Assembly (NCBI RefSeq): GCF_964213995.1
Contig: NW_027590120.1
Coordinates: 1,612,001 to 1,676,000 of the forward strand
DNA: 64,000 nt
Origin: Mustelus asterias
Lineage: Eukaryota
Reading direction: 5' to 3'
In this document: piece by piece, positions 24,811 to 37,239 of the stretch
Numbering within the stretch: position 1 is the stretch's first letter
Layout of the letters: every line of letters starts with the position of its first letter
Translations under genes and position numbers: made by a program
Notes under the pieces: generated by a model
The model's input: the letters and a program-made list of their open reading frames with translations, nothing else
Database searches by the model: none
What the model was told of the DNA's origin: nothing

Positions 24811-26580
24811 TAAGAACAAATAACAAAGAACAAAGAAAATTACAGGACAAGAGCAGACACTGCGGCCCTAAAAGCCTGCACCGGCCATGCTGCCCGACTG
24901 AACTGAAAAAAATACCCGACCAATCTGGGAACATTATCCCTCTATTCCCATCCTATTCATGTACTTGTCAAGACGCCACTTAAAAGTCACGGTTGCACCT
25001 GTTTCCACTACCTCACCTGGCAGCGAGTTCCAGGCACCCACCACTCTCTGTGTAGAGAATTTGCCTCGTAAATGTCCTTTAATATTTGCCCTTCACACCG
25101 TAAACCTATGCCTCCTAGTAATTGACTCTTGTGCCCTGGGAAGAACCTTCTGATTATCTACTCTGTCCATGACCCTCATAATCCTTTAGACGACTATCAG
25201 GTCGCCCCTCAGCCTCCGTCGTTGCAGTGAGAACAAACCAAGTTTCTCCAACCTCTCCTCATAGCTAATGCCCTTCCTTCCAGGCAACATTTTCGAAAGT
25301 CTTTTCTGTACCCTCTCCAATGACTCCACATCCTTCTGGTAGTGTGGCGAACAGAATTGAAGATTATTTCCCAAGTGCGGCCTAACTAAGATTCAATAAG
25401 ACTGCAATATGACTTGCCAATTTTTCAACTGAATGCCCTGGCTGATGAAAGCAAGCATGCCATATGCCATCTTGACTACCTTCTCCACCTGCGTTGCCAC
25501 TTTCAGTGACCTGCGTAGCTGTATACCCAGATTACTCTGCCTATCAATACTCTTAAGGGATCAGCCATTTACTGTATATTTCCCAACTTTATCAGACCTT
25601 CCAAAATGCATTACCTCACATTTCTCCGGATTGAACTTTCTGCATTACCTCACATTTCTCCGGAGTTTAACCCTGATAAATGTGAGGTGATTCATTTTGG
25701 TAGGACTAATTTAAATGTGGATTACAGGGTCAAAGGTAGGGTTCCGAAGAGTGTGGAGGAACAGAGAGATCTTGGAGTTCATATCCCCAGATCTCTAAAG
25801 GTTGCCACTCAAGTGGATAGAGCTGTGAAGAAGGCCTATAGTGTGTTAGCTTTTATTAACAGGGGGTTGGAGTTTAAGAGCCATGGGGTTATGCTGCAAC
25901 TGTACAGGACCTTGGTGAGACCACATTTGGAATATTTTGGGCAGTTCTGGTCACCTCACTATAAGAAGGATGTGGAAGCGCTGGAAAGAGTGCAGAGGAG
26001 ATTTACCAGAATGCTGCCTGGTTTGGAGGGTAGGTCTTATGAGGAAAGGTTGAGGGAGCTCGGGCTGTTCTCTCTGGAGCGGAGGGGGCTGAGGGGAGAC
26101 TTAATAGAGGTTTATAAAATGATGAAGGGGATAGATAGAGTGAACGTTCAAAGTCTATTTCCTCGGGTGGATGGAGCTATTACAAGGGGGCATAACTATA
26201 GGGTTCGTGGTGGGAGATACAGGAAGGATATCAGAGGTAGGTTCTTTACGCGGAGAGTGGTTGGGGTGTGGAATGGACTGCCTGCAGTGATAGTGGAGTC
26301 AGACACTTTAGGAACATTTAAGCGGTTATTGGATAGGCACATGGAGCACACCAGGATGATAGGGAGTGGGATAGCTTGATCTTGGGCCGAAGGGCCTGTT
26401 CTGTGCTGTACTGTTCTATGTTCTATGAACTCCATCTACCATCTCTCTGCCCAGGTCTCCAACAAATCTATATCCTGATGCATCCTCTGACAGTCATCAT
26501 CCCTATCCACAATTCCACCAATCTTTGTGTCGCCTGCAAACTTACGAATCAAACCAGTTAAATTTTCCTCCAAATCATTT
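24811..26580 (-). mobile_element. CR1 fragment in the GPCR intron, interrupted by a younger antisense CR1
   Basis: Minus-strand RT C-terminal motifs at 24811-25637 resume at 26427-26580. Confidence 0.85.
25662..26426 (+). mobile_element. Young CR1 (HER1-like) 3' fragment, nested insertion
   Basis: Uninterrupted frame EFNPDKCEVIHFG...LVRPHLEY..QFWSPHY...RVVGVWNGLP with a ttctatg tail. TGAACT is duplicated at 25632-25637 and 26426-26431. Confidence 0.93.
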
Positions 26581-26731
26581 CGATATTTCTAACAAGAACA
26601 AGTGTTATTGAACATGAGAAGTTACATGAATGATTAATATTCACTCCATTCTATTCTGTCGAGACATCACAATGCAACCAATATAATCATCGCGAACAAA
26701 AACAAAGTTCTTTTTGGAATTAAAAAATTAC

Positions 26732-26801
26732 CTGGAATGCCAACTGCAGCGAGAACGGGATAGTAAACGGCATAGAAAGGGCCATTCGCTGGTCCATGCA
26801 T
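26732..26801 (-). CDS. GPR139/GPR142-like GPCR, exon 1
   Basis: ATG..MHGPANGPFYAVYYPVLAAVGIP+G|gtaatt (70 nt) splices in frame to exon 2 to give a 323-aa protein. An in-frame stop lies just upstream of the ATG. Confidence 0.9.
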
Positions 26802-27679
26802 CGTTTTTCACAAAGGGAGAAAACTCTCCAACCCGCTCACCTTAGCTATGCCACACGCTCCAAGGGCATCTCATTTATCCTGTGTGATTGTCTCCAGAGG
26901 ATCAATTACATTATAACAATGCACATTACTCACACTTCGGTTAACAAACAAATTAACTCCTGGTTTCTTGCCGGTGGGTGGCAAGGTGGGTGATTCTATT
27001 ATTTTTATGAGCAAAAGTGCTGGCTGCAAATTCCATTGTCCCCCTCCCTCAAAACCATGCGTTGGTAAAATAGTTAATAGTCACACAAGTTTAAAATTCA
27101 CAAAGGAAGAAAAACAAAAGTCTTCTTATAACAGCTTCATAGAGAGGCACCAAGGCCATGAGACTGGCAAAGCACATGAATTAGACATCTACTACTGGAA
27201 AATGGGAGTGATTCACAGATACAAAAGCGAGTTGTACTCTTAAGTTTTCTTGATGATTGGATGTTATAATGAAGTAAGCATAAAGTGATTGTGATTGGTT
27301 TATGCTAATTGCTTGTCATCGATTTTGAAAACTTTAGTTGCCTTTGTATCATGAAATATCTCTGGCTAACTTTCTAACCAGGGATATGAACTGTAGTTTC
27401 CCAGGGTCGTTGCTAAAGCTTATATTAAAATCTTTTAAAGAAAACTCTGTTACTTTTCTGGCTTACTCAAAGGGTAAAGTTGTGATCAATTAAAAGACTG
27501 ATATCAAAGCCCGCAACAATTGGCATCAACATTAATTAGACGCACTAATGGTAAATGCTAAATTCAAGCCTGAACTCGAACACAAAACCAGCTCCTCCTG
27601 TCTCTGTCATGTTAGAAACTCTTTTGTCCTTTTGCGTTTCAGTTATTTCCTTTATTTAATTGATTTAGTACAAAAAACA

Positions 27680-29370
27680 TTGAACAAGGAAAAGTACAGC
27701 ACAAAAACAGGCCCTTCGGTCCGCCAGGTCCATGTCCATCATAATGCCCTAACTAAAAAAACCTCCTATGCTTACTCGATCTAGATCCCTCCCTTTTCAT
27801 GCACCCATCCAGATGCCTCTTAAAAGTTGTTTATGTCTCTTCTTCCACAACCTTCTCTGGCAGCGCGTTGCAGGCACCCTCCACTCTCTGTGTGAAATAC
27901 TTCTCCTATACATTTCCCTTAAAATTTTCCCCTCTCACCTTGAACCACTGCCCCCCTTGTAAATGACACTTGCGCCCTGGGAAAAAGCCTTTGACTATCC
28001 ATCCTGTCTATGCCTCTCGTAATTTTGCAGACCTCTGTCTGGTCTTCTCAGTTCCCTCAGCCTCCGTCCTTCTGGTGAAAATAATCCTAGATTATTCAAA
28101 CTCTCCTCACAGCCAACACCCTCGAGACCAGGCAACGTCCTGGTGAACTTTCTTTGCACTCTCGCCAAAGATTCCACGTCATTCTGGTACTGTGGCAACG
28201 GAAACTGCACACAATACTCTAAATGCGTCAGAACAAACGTTTTATATAGTTGCAACATGACTTTCCAACTATTTTACTCAATGCCCCGGCCGATGAATGT
28301 AAGGATGCCATATTCCTTCTTAATCACCTTGGTCACCTGTGTTGCCTCTTTTTGGTGGATGTGTACCCACATGCCCAGATCTCTCTGTATGTTCATGTGC
28401 CGAAGGGTTCTGCCATTTACAGTGTAACTCACACCTAAATCTGATCCTCCAAAATGCATTACCTCGCATTTGTCCCGATTTACCTCCATCTGGCATTTCT
28501 GTGCCCAAGTTTCCAGTCTAACTGGATCCTGCTGTATCCTCTGACAATCCCCAGCACTACCAGTAACTCCACCAACCTTCGTTTCATCTGCAAACTTACT
28601 AATCAGACCACCCACATTTTCCTTCAGATCATTTATATACACTGCAAACAACAGAAGACATCCCAGTGACAAGCCTCAATAGCACGTGGCACTGGCAGCA
28701 ATCCTGAGATTACTATCCTCGTGGTCCTGCTTTGTAGATTCCTACCTAACTCCCAGAAACGTCTTTGCAGGACTCCTCCCTCTTCATGTTTATGTCGTTA
28801 GCGCCAATGTGGGCAATGATATCTGTCTGTTTACCCTCCCGTTTCATATGCCCTGTACCTGCTCAGAGACAGCCATGGATCCTTGTACACTGCATCCGGG
28901 AGTGTCGTTCGCTGCCTCAGAAACGTCATTCTCTGTCCCTGACTATCGAGAATCCTTCTACTATCACTCGCTAAGACCTAGCCCGACCTTGCTCTCCAGC
29001 AGAACCCGTTGTGTTGCCACAGGCTTGGTTGTTGCTGGTATTTCCTCCTGAGAGTCTATCTGCCCCCAACCTCCAACAAAATCTATAAAGGTATATATGT
29101 ATGGGAGGGGAATAGCTACAGGAGACTCTTGCATTTCCTGCCTGCCTCTCCTGGAGGTCATCCATCGACCTATCTGGATCAGTGTTGTGACTACTTCTTT
29201 GAAGCCAGTGTCCATCATGCTTTATACTCCCTGGATGCTCCGTAGTGTGTCCAGCTGCTGCTCCAACCGAACCATGCTGTGTGTGAGGAGCTGTAGCTAG
29301 TCAAACTTACCGCAGACATAGCCGTCAGGGCCACTAGAATGCTCCCTGAACCCCCACATCTGGCAGGAAG
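27680..29370 (-). mobile_element. Degenerate, internally deleted CR1 LINE (RT end plus 5'/ORF1-like part)
   Basis: LLFAVYINDL...ISKFADETKVGG and LEYCVQF motifs at 27680-28670. An upstream CR1-like 5' segment extends to about 29370. Confidence 0.8.
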
Positions 29371-30158
29371 AGCAATGAATGAAGTATTTCACATGTATAC
29401 TGTGTTCAATTTTGAAATCGATGATGAACGTTTAAGCTAACATGAACGTTAACAAGATGTTTTATTTATTTTTGTCCTGAACGACACACCACATTTTGTC
29501 TGACCCCATCTGCTGCTCGACGCATCCCAGACTGCATAAATTGGTCAGTAACGCCTCATTTTACTGAATAACTGTTGCCATTTCTTTTTAACTGGACCGC
29601 ATTGTTCCTTTCAAAACACCCTTGGCGCCCTCCTCCTTCATATACTTTATGTTAGCTTTGGGTAGCTCTAATAATGAATGAGCAGCTTTTATGTTGGGAG
29701 CCTTCAGCACGAGCACCAGCAAAATGTCAACCAAATCCCTTGGGTCTATTAGGGATGAACGACACATAATAGCATCGGCCGCGATTGTGAAATCCTTTGA
29801 AAGTGTGAAGAAAAACAAAACCCCTGAGTGGGAGTCGCCGTTACCTGCAAATGAGACAATGGGAATTCGAAAGTACGAATGGAATAAAACCAAAAGATCG
29901 ATATCCGGGGTCAGTATAACCAGACAGTGACACTCGCTCTGCTCGTGAATTCTGGAACCAAAATCTGAGAATGAGTCACCCAGCTCGGGGTGATTCCATT
30001 TGCGAATCACCAGCTCACCATCCACTGGGTTCACAGCGTCCCCAGCGATACAAGAAGTGAGGTGAAGACATTTTGAGGCAACAACAGATTATTGGGAGTG
30101 GGATGTAGAACAGATACCGTCAAATACCCAACTCACTTTTACACAGAGGAAAGCGACA

Positions 30159-30887
30159 ATGCGGCTGCTCAGCATCTGGGTTGTGTGCGGATCATTCCGA
30201 GCAGGTGCTTGGAGATTAAATACATTTAATCTTTTCTCGCATTTATCAAGCACGGTTCAAATCTTAGCACCCTATAGCCTGAACTGTTCAGATGTGATTA
30301 TATTTCTTCTCTCTCCAGATCTAACTAAGATTCTGTGACTCAGCGACGCTCCTCAGATGTTAAGGCACAAGGAGAAGAGGTGACAATGACCTGCACCTTT
30401 GATGCCACAGCCAGCAACTATTATTGCTGGCACTGGCGGCAGGGTAGCACAGTGCTTCACAGGACCAGGGACGCGGGTTTGATTCCTGGCTTGGGTCACT
30501 GTCTGTGTGGAGTTTGCACGTTCTCCCCGTGTCTGCGTGGGTTTCATCTGCGTGCTGTGGTTTCCTCCCACATTCTGAAAGACGTCCTGGTTAGGTGCAT
30601 TGACCCGAACAGCCGCCGGAGTGTGGCGACCGAGGGGATTCCACAGTAACTTCATTTCAGTGTTAATGCAAACATTACTTCTGACAAATAAATAAATCTA
30701 AACTTTATTTAGATTGGTATCGACAGCTCCCAGATCTACAAACGGAATTTATCGTGAGTAAAAGCTCCTGGGATACTGAGGATAAAGCAGATTTTGCAGC
30801 AACTCCAGAGTGGAAAAAAGTGACCAGTTTAAATACATTGGGTCTGTAGTGGACTGACTCTGCTGCGTATTACTGCGCTTTCAGTCT
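30159..30887 (+). pseudogene. TCR alpha/delta-type V pseudogene (leader 30159-30204, V exon from 30319)
   Basis: Leader MRLLSIWVVCGSFRA|gt. V reads DSVTQRRSSDVKAQGEEVTMTCTFDATASNYY[SINE]LDWYRQLPD..EFIV...GL*WTDSAAYYCAFS. It carries a 1-nt frameshift, a SINE insertion, a stop and a short FR3. Confidence 0.92.
30426..30705 (+). mobile_element. HE1-related SINE inserted at the CDR1/FR2 boundary of the V segment
   Basis: SINE head and core interrupt the V between NYY and LDWYRQ. Confidence 0.9.
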
Positions 30888-30926
30888 CACAGTAATAGAA
30901 AACATTCCCACAGCCGTAGGAAAACT
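30888..30926 (+). promoter_or_regulatory. 23-bp spacer RSS (degenerate nonamer)
   Basis: CACAGTA, 23 nt, AGGAAAACT. Confidence 0.88.
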
Positions 30927-31689
30927 CTAGATAGGTGCTTCTGTCTGCTGCGGGTTTTTTAGAATCGCGGGCAGGTAGTCACAATGAACAGCGGCGCTGT
31001 CAGCTGTTCAAATACAGCGAGAGGAAACCAGAATAACATCGGATCAAACATTCACCCAACAGATACCAGAACCATCGGGGATCCGACAGTTCAGTTCAAG
31101 CGATTCCCTTTCCCGAGACAGCATCTGCTCAGGATGGGTGCTTTGATCGTCACACTGAACGGCTGTGAACAAAAGAACAGTCAATTAACTAACACGCATT
31201 ATTAATAAATTGATAAAACATGGCATATATCATATCATAGAATCATAGAAACCCTACAGTACAGAAAGAGGCCATTCGGCCCATCGAGACTGCACCGACC
31301 ACAATCCCACCCTGATATCCCCACATATTTTAACTGCTAATCCCTCCAATCCCTCTAATATGATTCGAAAAACATATAATCACACAATATCAGCAGGATC
31401 AGAGCTTCAGCTGCAAACAGGCTTTTGTTCGTAATGATGAAGATGGATCAATCCGGGTTTTATTTGCAGACGAGAATTTGCTGCAGAGGCCAGGACTGTC
31501 AATGGTGGGGAAGGGGAATAGAGAGGGGAGTTTCACTTTCTCCTCATTCTGTGCGAGACTGGTGATTGACATTGTGACTAATCAGACTATTATGGGATGT
31601 TGCCAGTTGCCGTCATTCAGAGTCCCATTCAGTGATACGCTATGTTAAAATAAAGAACTTCTCGACATTCACTATGTTTCTGTGGGTGT

Positions 31690-33720
31690 TTGATTTGATT
31701 TGATTTGATTTATTATTGTCACATGTATTGGCATACAGTGAAAAAGTAGTATTTGTTATGCGCTATATAGACAAGGAATACTGTTCATAGAGAAAGAAAT
31801 GAGAGTGCAGAATGCAGTGTTACAACCATAGCTAGGGTGTAGAGAAAGATCAACTTAGTGCGAGATTAGACCATTGAAAAGTCTGATAGTAGCAGGGAAG
31901 AAGCTGTTCTTGAATCGGTTGGTACGTGGCCTCAGACATTTGAATCTTTTTCCCGACGGAAGAAGGGGGAAGAGATCATTTCTGGGGTGCATGGGGTCCT
32001 TAATTATGCCGACTGCTTTGCCGAGGTAGCGGGAAGTGTCAACAGTGTCAATGGGTGGGAGGCTGGTTAGCGTGATGGAGTGGGCTTTGTAGTTTCTTGC
32101 GGTCTTAGACAGAGCAGGAACGATAGCAAACTATGGCACAACCAGGAATAATGTTTTTTATGGTGCATCTGTAAAAATGGGTGAGAGTCGTAGCGGACAT
32201 GCCAAATTTCCTTCGATTTCTGAGAATTTTGAGGCGTTTGAGGGCTTTTTTAACCAGATGTCGACATGGGGAGTGGAGGGGAGGGGGCGGGGGGAGGGGT
32301 GGGGGGGGGGGCGGGAATGGGTGGAGGATGCGCGAGGACAGGTTTTTGGTGATCTGGACATCAAAAAACATGAAGCTCTCGACCATTTCTCCTTCATCGC
32401 CAATTGAAGTAGACAACGGTATGTTCTCCACGATGCTTCCTGAAGTCGATGACAATCTCTTTTGTTTTGTTGACATTGAGGGAGAGATTATTGTCGTCGC
32501 AAACGTTCACCAGATTCTCTATCTCTTGCCTGTGCTCCGCCTCGCCATTGTTTGTGTTCCGACCCACTACGGTGATGCTTCAAAACTTCAAAATCGAGTT
32601 GGAGGGGAATTTAGCCACACAGGTGCACAAGGAGTAGAGTAAGGTGCTGAGGACAGAGCACTCAGGTTTGTGAGGCACCGATGTTGAGGACGACCGTGGA
32701 GGAGGTGTTGTTGCCAATCTTTACTGATTGTGGTCTGCGGGTTAGGAAGTTCAGGTTTCAGTCGCAAAGGGAGGGGTCAGGCCCCAGGCCACGGAGTTTG
32801 GAGATGAAGTTCGTAGGAATAACGATGTTGAATGCTGAGCTGTAGTCAATCAATAGGAGCCTGAAATAAGTGTCTTTGTCATATAGCTTTCCAGAGTTGA
32901 GTGTAGGGCCAGTGAGATGGCGCCGGCTGTGGACCTGTCGCGGCGGTAGCGAAATGCGGCGGAGCCAGGCAGTCCTGGACACTGCAATTGATTCGTGCCA
33001 CGTGTGGAAAGACGGAGGATGAGGGGAGACCTAATAGAGGTGTATAAAATTATGAAAGACATAGATAGGGTGAACTGTGGGAAACTTTTTCCCAGGTCGG
33101 TGGTGACGTTCACGAGGGGTGATAGGTTCATGGTGAGGGGGGAGGGGGGGGGTGGGGGGGGGGAGGTTTAACACGGATATCAGAAGGACATATTTTACAC
33201 AGAGTGTGGTGGGCACCTGGAATGCGCTGCCAGGCAAGGTGGTGGAGGCGGGCACACTGGGAACGTTTAAGACTTATCTAGATAGCCACATGAACAGAGT
33301 GGGAATGGAGGGATACAAAAGAATGGTCTAGTTTGGACCAGGGAGCGGCGCGGGCTTGGAGGGCCGAAGGGCCGTTCCTGTGCTGTATTGTTCTTTGTTC
33401 TTTGTTCTTTGTTCTTTTAGTAGCCTTTCAAAGCACTTCGGAATGATGGATGTCAGAGCCACCGGACGGTATTCATTGAGGCACGCTGCTTGGCTTTTCT
33501 TTGGCACTGGGATGACGGTCGATAGGGACCCCAAATTATTGTAAAGAGAGATTGAATATGTCTGCGAATCCCCTCAGCACCTGATCCGTGCTGAATCTGA
33601 GTGCTCGTCCGTGTACCCCATCCGGGCCTGTTGCTTTCCGTGGGTTGACCTTTCAGAAAGTTGCTCTGACATTTGCAATGGTGACCTCTGGTACAGATTC
33701 ATTCAAAGCTTCCAGGGTGG
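31690..33720 (-). mobile_element. Rex1/Babar-like LINE fragment
   Basis: [33 protein letters not shown] and RKFGMS..TLT.FYRCTI motifs, with a (TTTGA)n tail at about 31690-31710. Confidence 0.8.
33003..33418 (+). mobile_element. CR1 3' fragment nested in the Rex-Babar-like element
   Basis: RRRMRGDLIEVYKI motif and ttctttgttctttg tail. Confidence 0.85.
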
Positions 33721-33732
33721 AGGGACCGCATT

Positions 33733-33801
33733 GTTTCCGTAGTGCAGTGATTGCCACTTTCACCTAACAAAATATTCTCGGTTTGACAGCGGGCAGAAAC
33801 A
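33733..33801 (+). pseudogene. tRNA-Val(AAC) pseudogene
   Basis: GTTTCCGTAGTGCAGTG...CCTAACA...GGGCAGAAACA, with many substitutions and a deletion. Confidence 0.75.
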
Positions 33802-33824
33802 TTTATACATACTTTCAACCTCAG

Positions 33825-35010
33825 AGTGAGGAAAATAACAATAATTCACGTTTGTTGTTGAATATTAACTGAATACTGTATCTGACACTGTGTTACATTT
33901 ACCCTTCCCCTTGACAGTTCGGTGCACAGTCACACCCGACAGAACATTTTTCACTGACTCTCGTTTCCATCTCTGACGGTTCAGAAAGCTTCCCGCAAAC
34001 CTGCACATTTCGGCTGATTGCCATTGATTTGTGTCAGATTATTAAAGGCTCCGACAGCGCGTGTTCCGTTAATAACAGTCACTTGAAGCCACATTTCAGA
34101 CGGGGAAACAAACCCAACAATGATTCTCTCTTCTCCGGCTCCACAGTGAGTGAGACAGGGAAAAGCAGCAGGATTTCTTGCCGCAGTCTCCAATCACCCG
34201 CTGACAGTAGAAAGTCGCGACTGCAAACGCATCTCTACGTTGTTTTAAACTCAGAGTGAAAATCAATAATGTATTGTTGAAAATTAACTGAAAACAGTAT
34301 TTTACACTTCCCCATCTCTCTGCGCACACTCAAACCCAATATGTTTCACTTACTCCTGTTTCCATCTCTGACGGTTTAGAAAGCTTCTCTCAAACCTGCA
34401 CGTTCTGGCTTTATCGTTCGTTCGTAGAACATAAGCGTCGCTGACCCGCATTTATTGGCCATCCCTAGTTGAGGGGCAACAACTCTGCTGTGGCTCTGGA
34501 GTCACGTGTAGGCCAGATCAGCGAAGAACCTTCCCTAAAGGACATGAGTGAATCATGGGTCAATGGACAGTGGCTTCATGGTCATTAGTGGATTCTTAAT
34601 TCCAATCTTCTTTATTGTATTCAAATTTCAAAAGCTGCCATGGTGGTCCCCAGACTGTTACCTGATCGAGCGAGAATGCTAGCACCCCATCGCCTCACCT
34701 AACACATCTGTTCCAAGTGAGCCTCAAACTCACAACCTCGGCATAGCCTGCTGGCAACACTATTGCATAAGTACCACGTGCTAACCGATTGCGCCATTGG
34801 AGTACTACTCCATATTACTTTGCATCAGATTATTAATAGCTCCTGCGGAGCTACCTCCGTTAACAGTCACGCAAAGCAACATTTCAGTCGGGGAAGTAAC
34901 TCCATCAATGATTCTCTCTTCCGCGTGAGTGAGACAGGGACACGCAGCAGGATTTTAGCCCACATTCTCCAATCACCCACTGCGCTGCCGGCAAAAGGCG
35001 GCGGCTGCAG
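33825..35010. repeat. Diverged local tandem duplication of tRNA-cluster spacer
   Basis: 33825-34010 resembles 34252-34410, and 34030-34230 resembles 34820-35010. Confidence 0.75.
34709..34803 (-). pseudogene. Intron-containing tRNA-Ile(TAT) pseudogene
   Basis: CTCCAATGGCGCAATCGGTTAGCACGTGGTACTTAT, then an intron, then ATGCCGAGGTTGTGAGTTTGAGGCTCACTTGGA. The T-loop and stems are mutated. Confidence 0.85.
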
Positions 35011-35738
35011 CTTCAATCAGCGGGTTCTTGCACATTCCTGACACAAAATTCAACCCGGTTCAAACAACCTCCCAGTACACCGAACACAAGCTCAGCAAAA
35101 CTTACATAGATTATATCCCGCTCATTGAACCTTCGAGTAGCATTTACACAATACCTGAGTGAGTCACAATCAATATTCACACCAAGTTTCCAAAGCTTTT
35201 CAGTGATCAATTCCTTCATCTGAATGAAAAGCTGAGTGCTGTGAATCTGAAAATGAACATTTGTTTTACCCAGAGACCTGTTTCCCACGGTTCGCCCTCA
35301 GGTTTGCAGTTCAATTTCTGTTGGGTATTGAAGCGAATCTCAGTTCAAAATGAGGGGAAAAGAAGGAAAATATTAAATCTTTGGACAGATCCTGAGGGAA
35401 ATGGATCGCAATATTTGGAAGGGGGTGCAGCTGGGAATGGTGTTATTGATGACTGAATGGAAAATATTGGATCCTCGGTCTTCTGGTGGTCAGTTCCGTT
35501 CCCTCCCATTGAATTCCTCCCTGTGCTAAGGCACATGGATTCATTTTACCTGCACATTCATAGGAGAAAGGGAATAACCAACACACTACAGCAATGCTCC
35601 GGGATCAACGTAACCAAAGAAACCAGTATAAAATTGTACACGGTGCGGTCATGCTGCAGTTCTGGAACAAATTGTGCAGAAATAGAATTCTGGCCATTGA
35701 CACTCCAGTTTAGAATATCTGTCGCATTTGTTATCTCA

Positions 35739-35812
35739 GTCTCTGTGGCGCAATTGGTTAGCGCGTTCAGCTATTAACTGAAAGCTTGGTGGTTCAAGAC
35801 CACCCAGGGACG
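35739..35812 (+). tRNA. tRNA-Asn-derived gene with ATT anticodon (probable pseudogene)
   Basis: Full-length 74-nt match to vertebrate tRNA-Asn(GTT). The anticodon arm is TTCAG-CTATTAA-CTGAA. Confidence 0.75.
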
Positions 35813-37167
35813 GCGGTTTCACTATTTTCTCGCCATCAGCATTCATAGGTAAACAGTTGTGGGTTGGCAGTGGGTCCGTGGGCGTCAATAAAAAATAGCT
35901 CTCAATTGTTACCTGCTGTACTGTTATCTGGTATTACCAACATTATTTAATGCCGATTGACTTCAAACATATTACATATAACATCATCTACATCTTTCCA
36001 TTATACCATTAAACTTAAAAGATTACAATCGAAACATAAACTCGTGGATGAGCATTTGCTCCAATTCCATATCCCTGCTTCCATTCATTCCTGGATAGAT
36101 CATAAACCTGTCAAACCCCAGGCTGAAATCTGTTCAATGATGGAGCATCTACAATCCTCTGGCGTAGAGAATTCCGAAGATTCACTGCCCTTTGAGTGAA
36201 TCAATTTCTTCTCACCTCAGTCCAAAATCATCAGCGCCTTATCCTGAGATTGTTTTATATTCCCGGATCAGGGAAAATAATGTCTCAGCCTCAACGCTAT
36301 CAAACCCATAGAATCATAGAATCCCTGCAGTTTTTCAATGCTATCTATCCTTTCTCGTTAAACCTGTGAGATTTTCCAGCATTTTCTGTTTTTGATTCAG
36401 ATTCCAGCATCCTCATTATTTTGCTTTTATTCTGTCTAAAATGTGGAGATCCAAACTGCACACACTATTCCAAATGTAGTCTCAACAAAACCCTGAATAA
36501 CTGCAGCAAGCCTTCAAACACTTCAGAACTTAACTCCATGCTCAAGGCTGGAAGGAGAGCGTGACAGTGGATAATTGGCACTCTGTACATTCCTGTAATC
36601 AATAACTGGATCAGGAAGATGAGATCTCTTTGTCTCTTTGTACTGTTATCTCTAAACTCCATCTCTTCTCAATGCTGTGTGTCATACATTCGCTTTCCCT
36701 GCTTTCCTGGTTCCCTGCTTTCGGGTTCACCAACTCTCTGTGTCTGTATCAAGCAGCGAATTGACACTGGGAGATGGACAACCAGAGGGAGCTGGATGAC
36801 AGTCAGCGACAGAAACAGGAAGAGAAGCGATAGGATAATGTTTCGTAAATGAGTTGTGCCAGTTGCCATCCGTGATGAATGCCTGCCGTGTGTTACTTTG
36901 TAAGTTTCACAAAAGCCACAGTGATGGGTTTGGTGGGTTTTGGAAATTGAAAGTGTCACATGAGCAGCTTGCGGGACTATTTCACCTCACTGTCGATTTC
37001 ATGTTCCAGCGAACAGGAATCGCTGTTTTCATTGGCTGATGCAGTCACTTGCGTTCGATCTAAACATGACAATTTAAAATAGAAACTTGTTTTTGGTGAA
37101 TAAAACGTCTGAAATAAAAATTAAAGGCTCATGCATAAATCATTTTTTTAAAGAGCTTGCCTCAACT

Positions 37168-37239
37168 TCCCTGATGGTTTAGTGGCTAGGATTCGGCGCT
37201 TTCGCCGCCGCTGCCCGGGTTCGATTCCCGGTCAGGGAA
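37168..37239 (+). tRNA. tRNA-Glu(TTC), near-intact
   Basis: 72 nt with a perfect acceptor stem TCCCTGA/TCAGGGA and B box GGTTCGATTCC. A TTTTT Pol III terminator follows. Confidence 0.85.

Noticed and set aside
29588-30034. 148-aa ORF on the minus strand
   Set aside because: It has a non-ATG start and no recognisable domain or exon context, and it overlaps the V promoter region.
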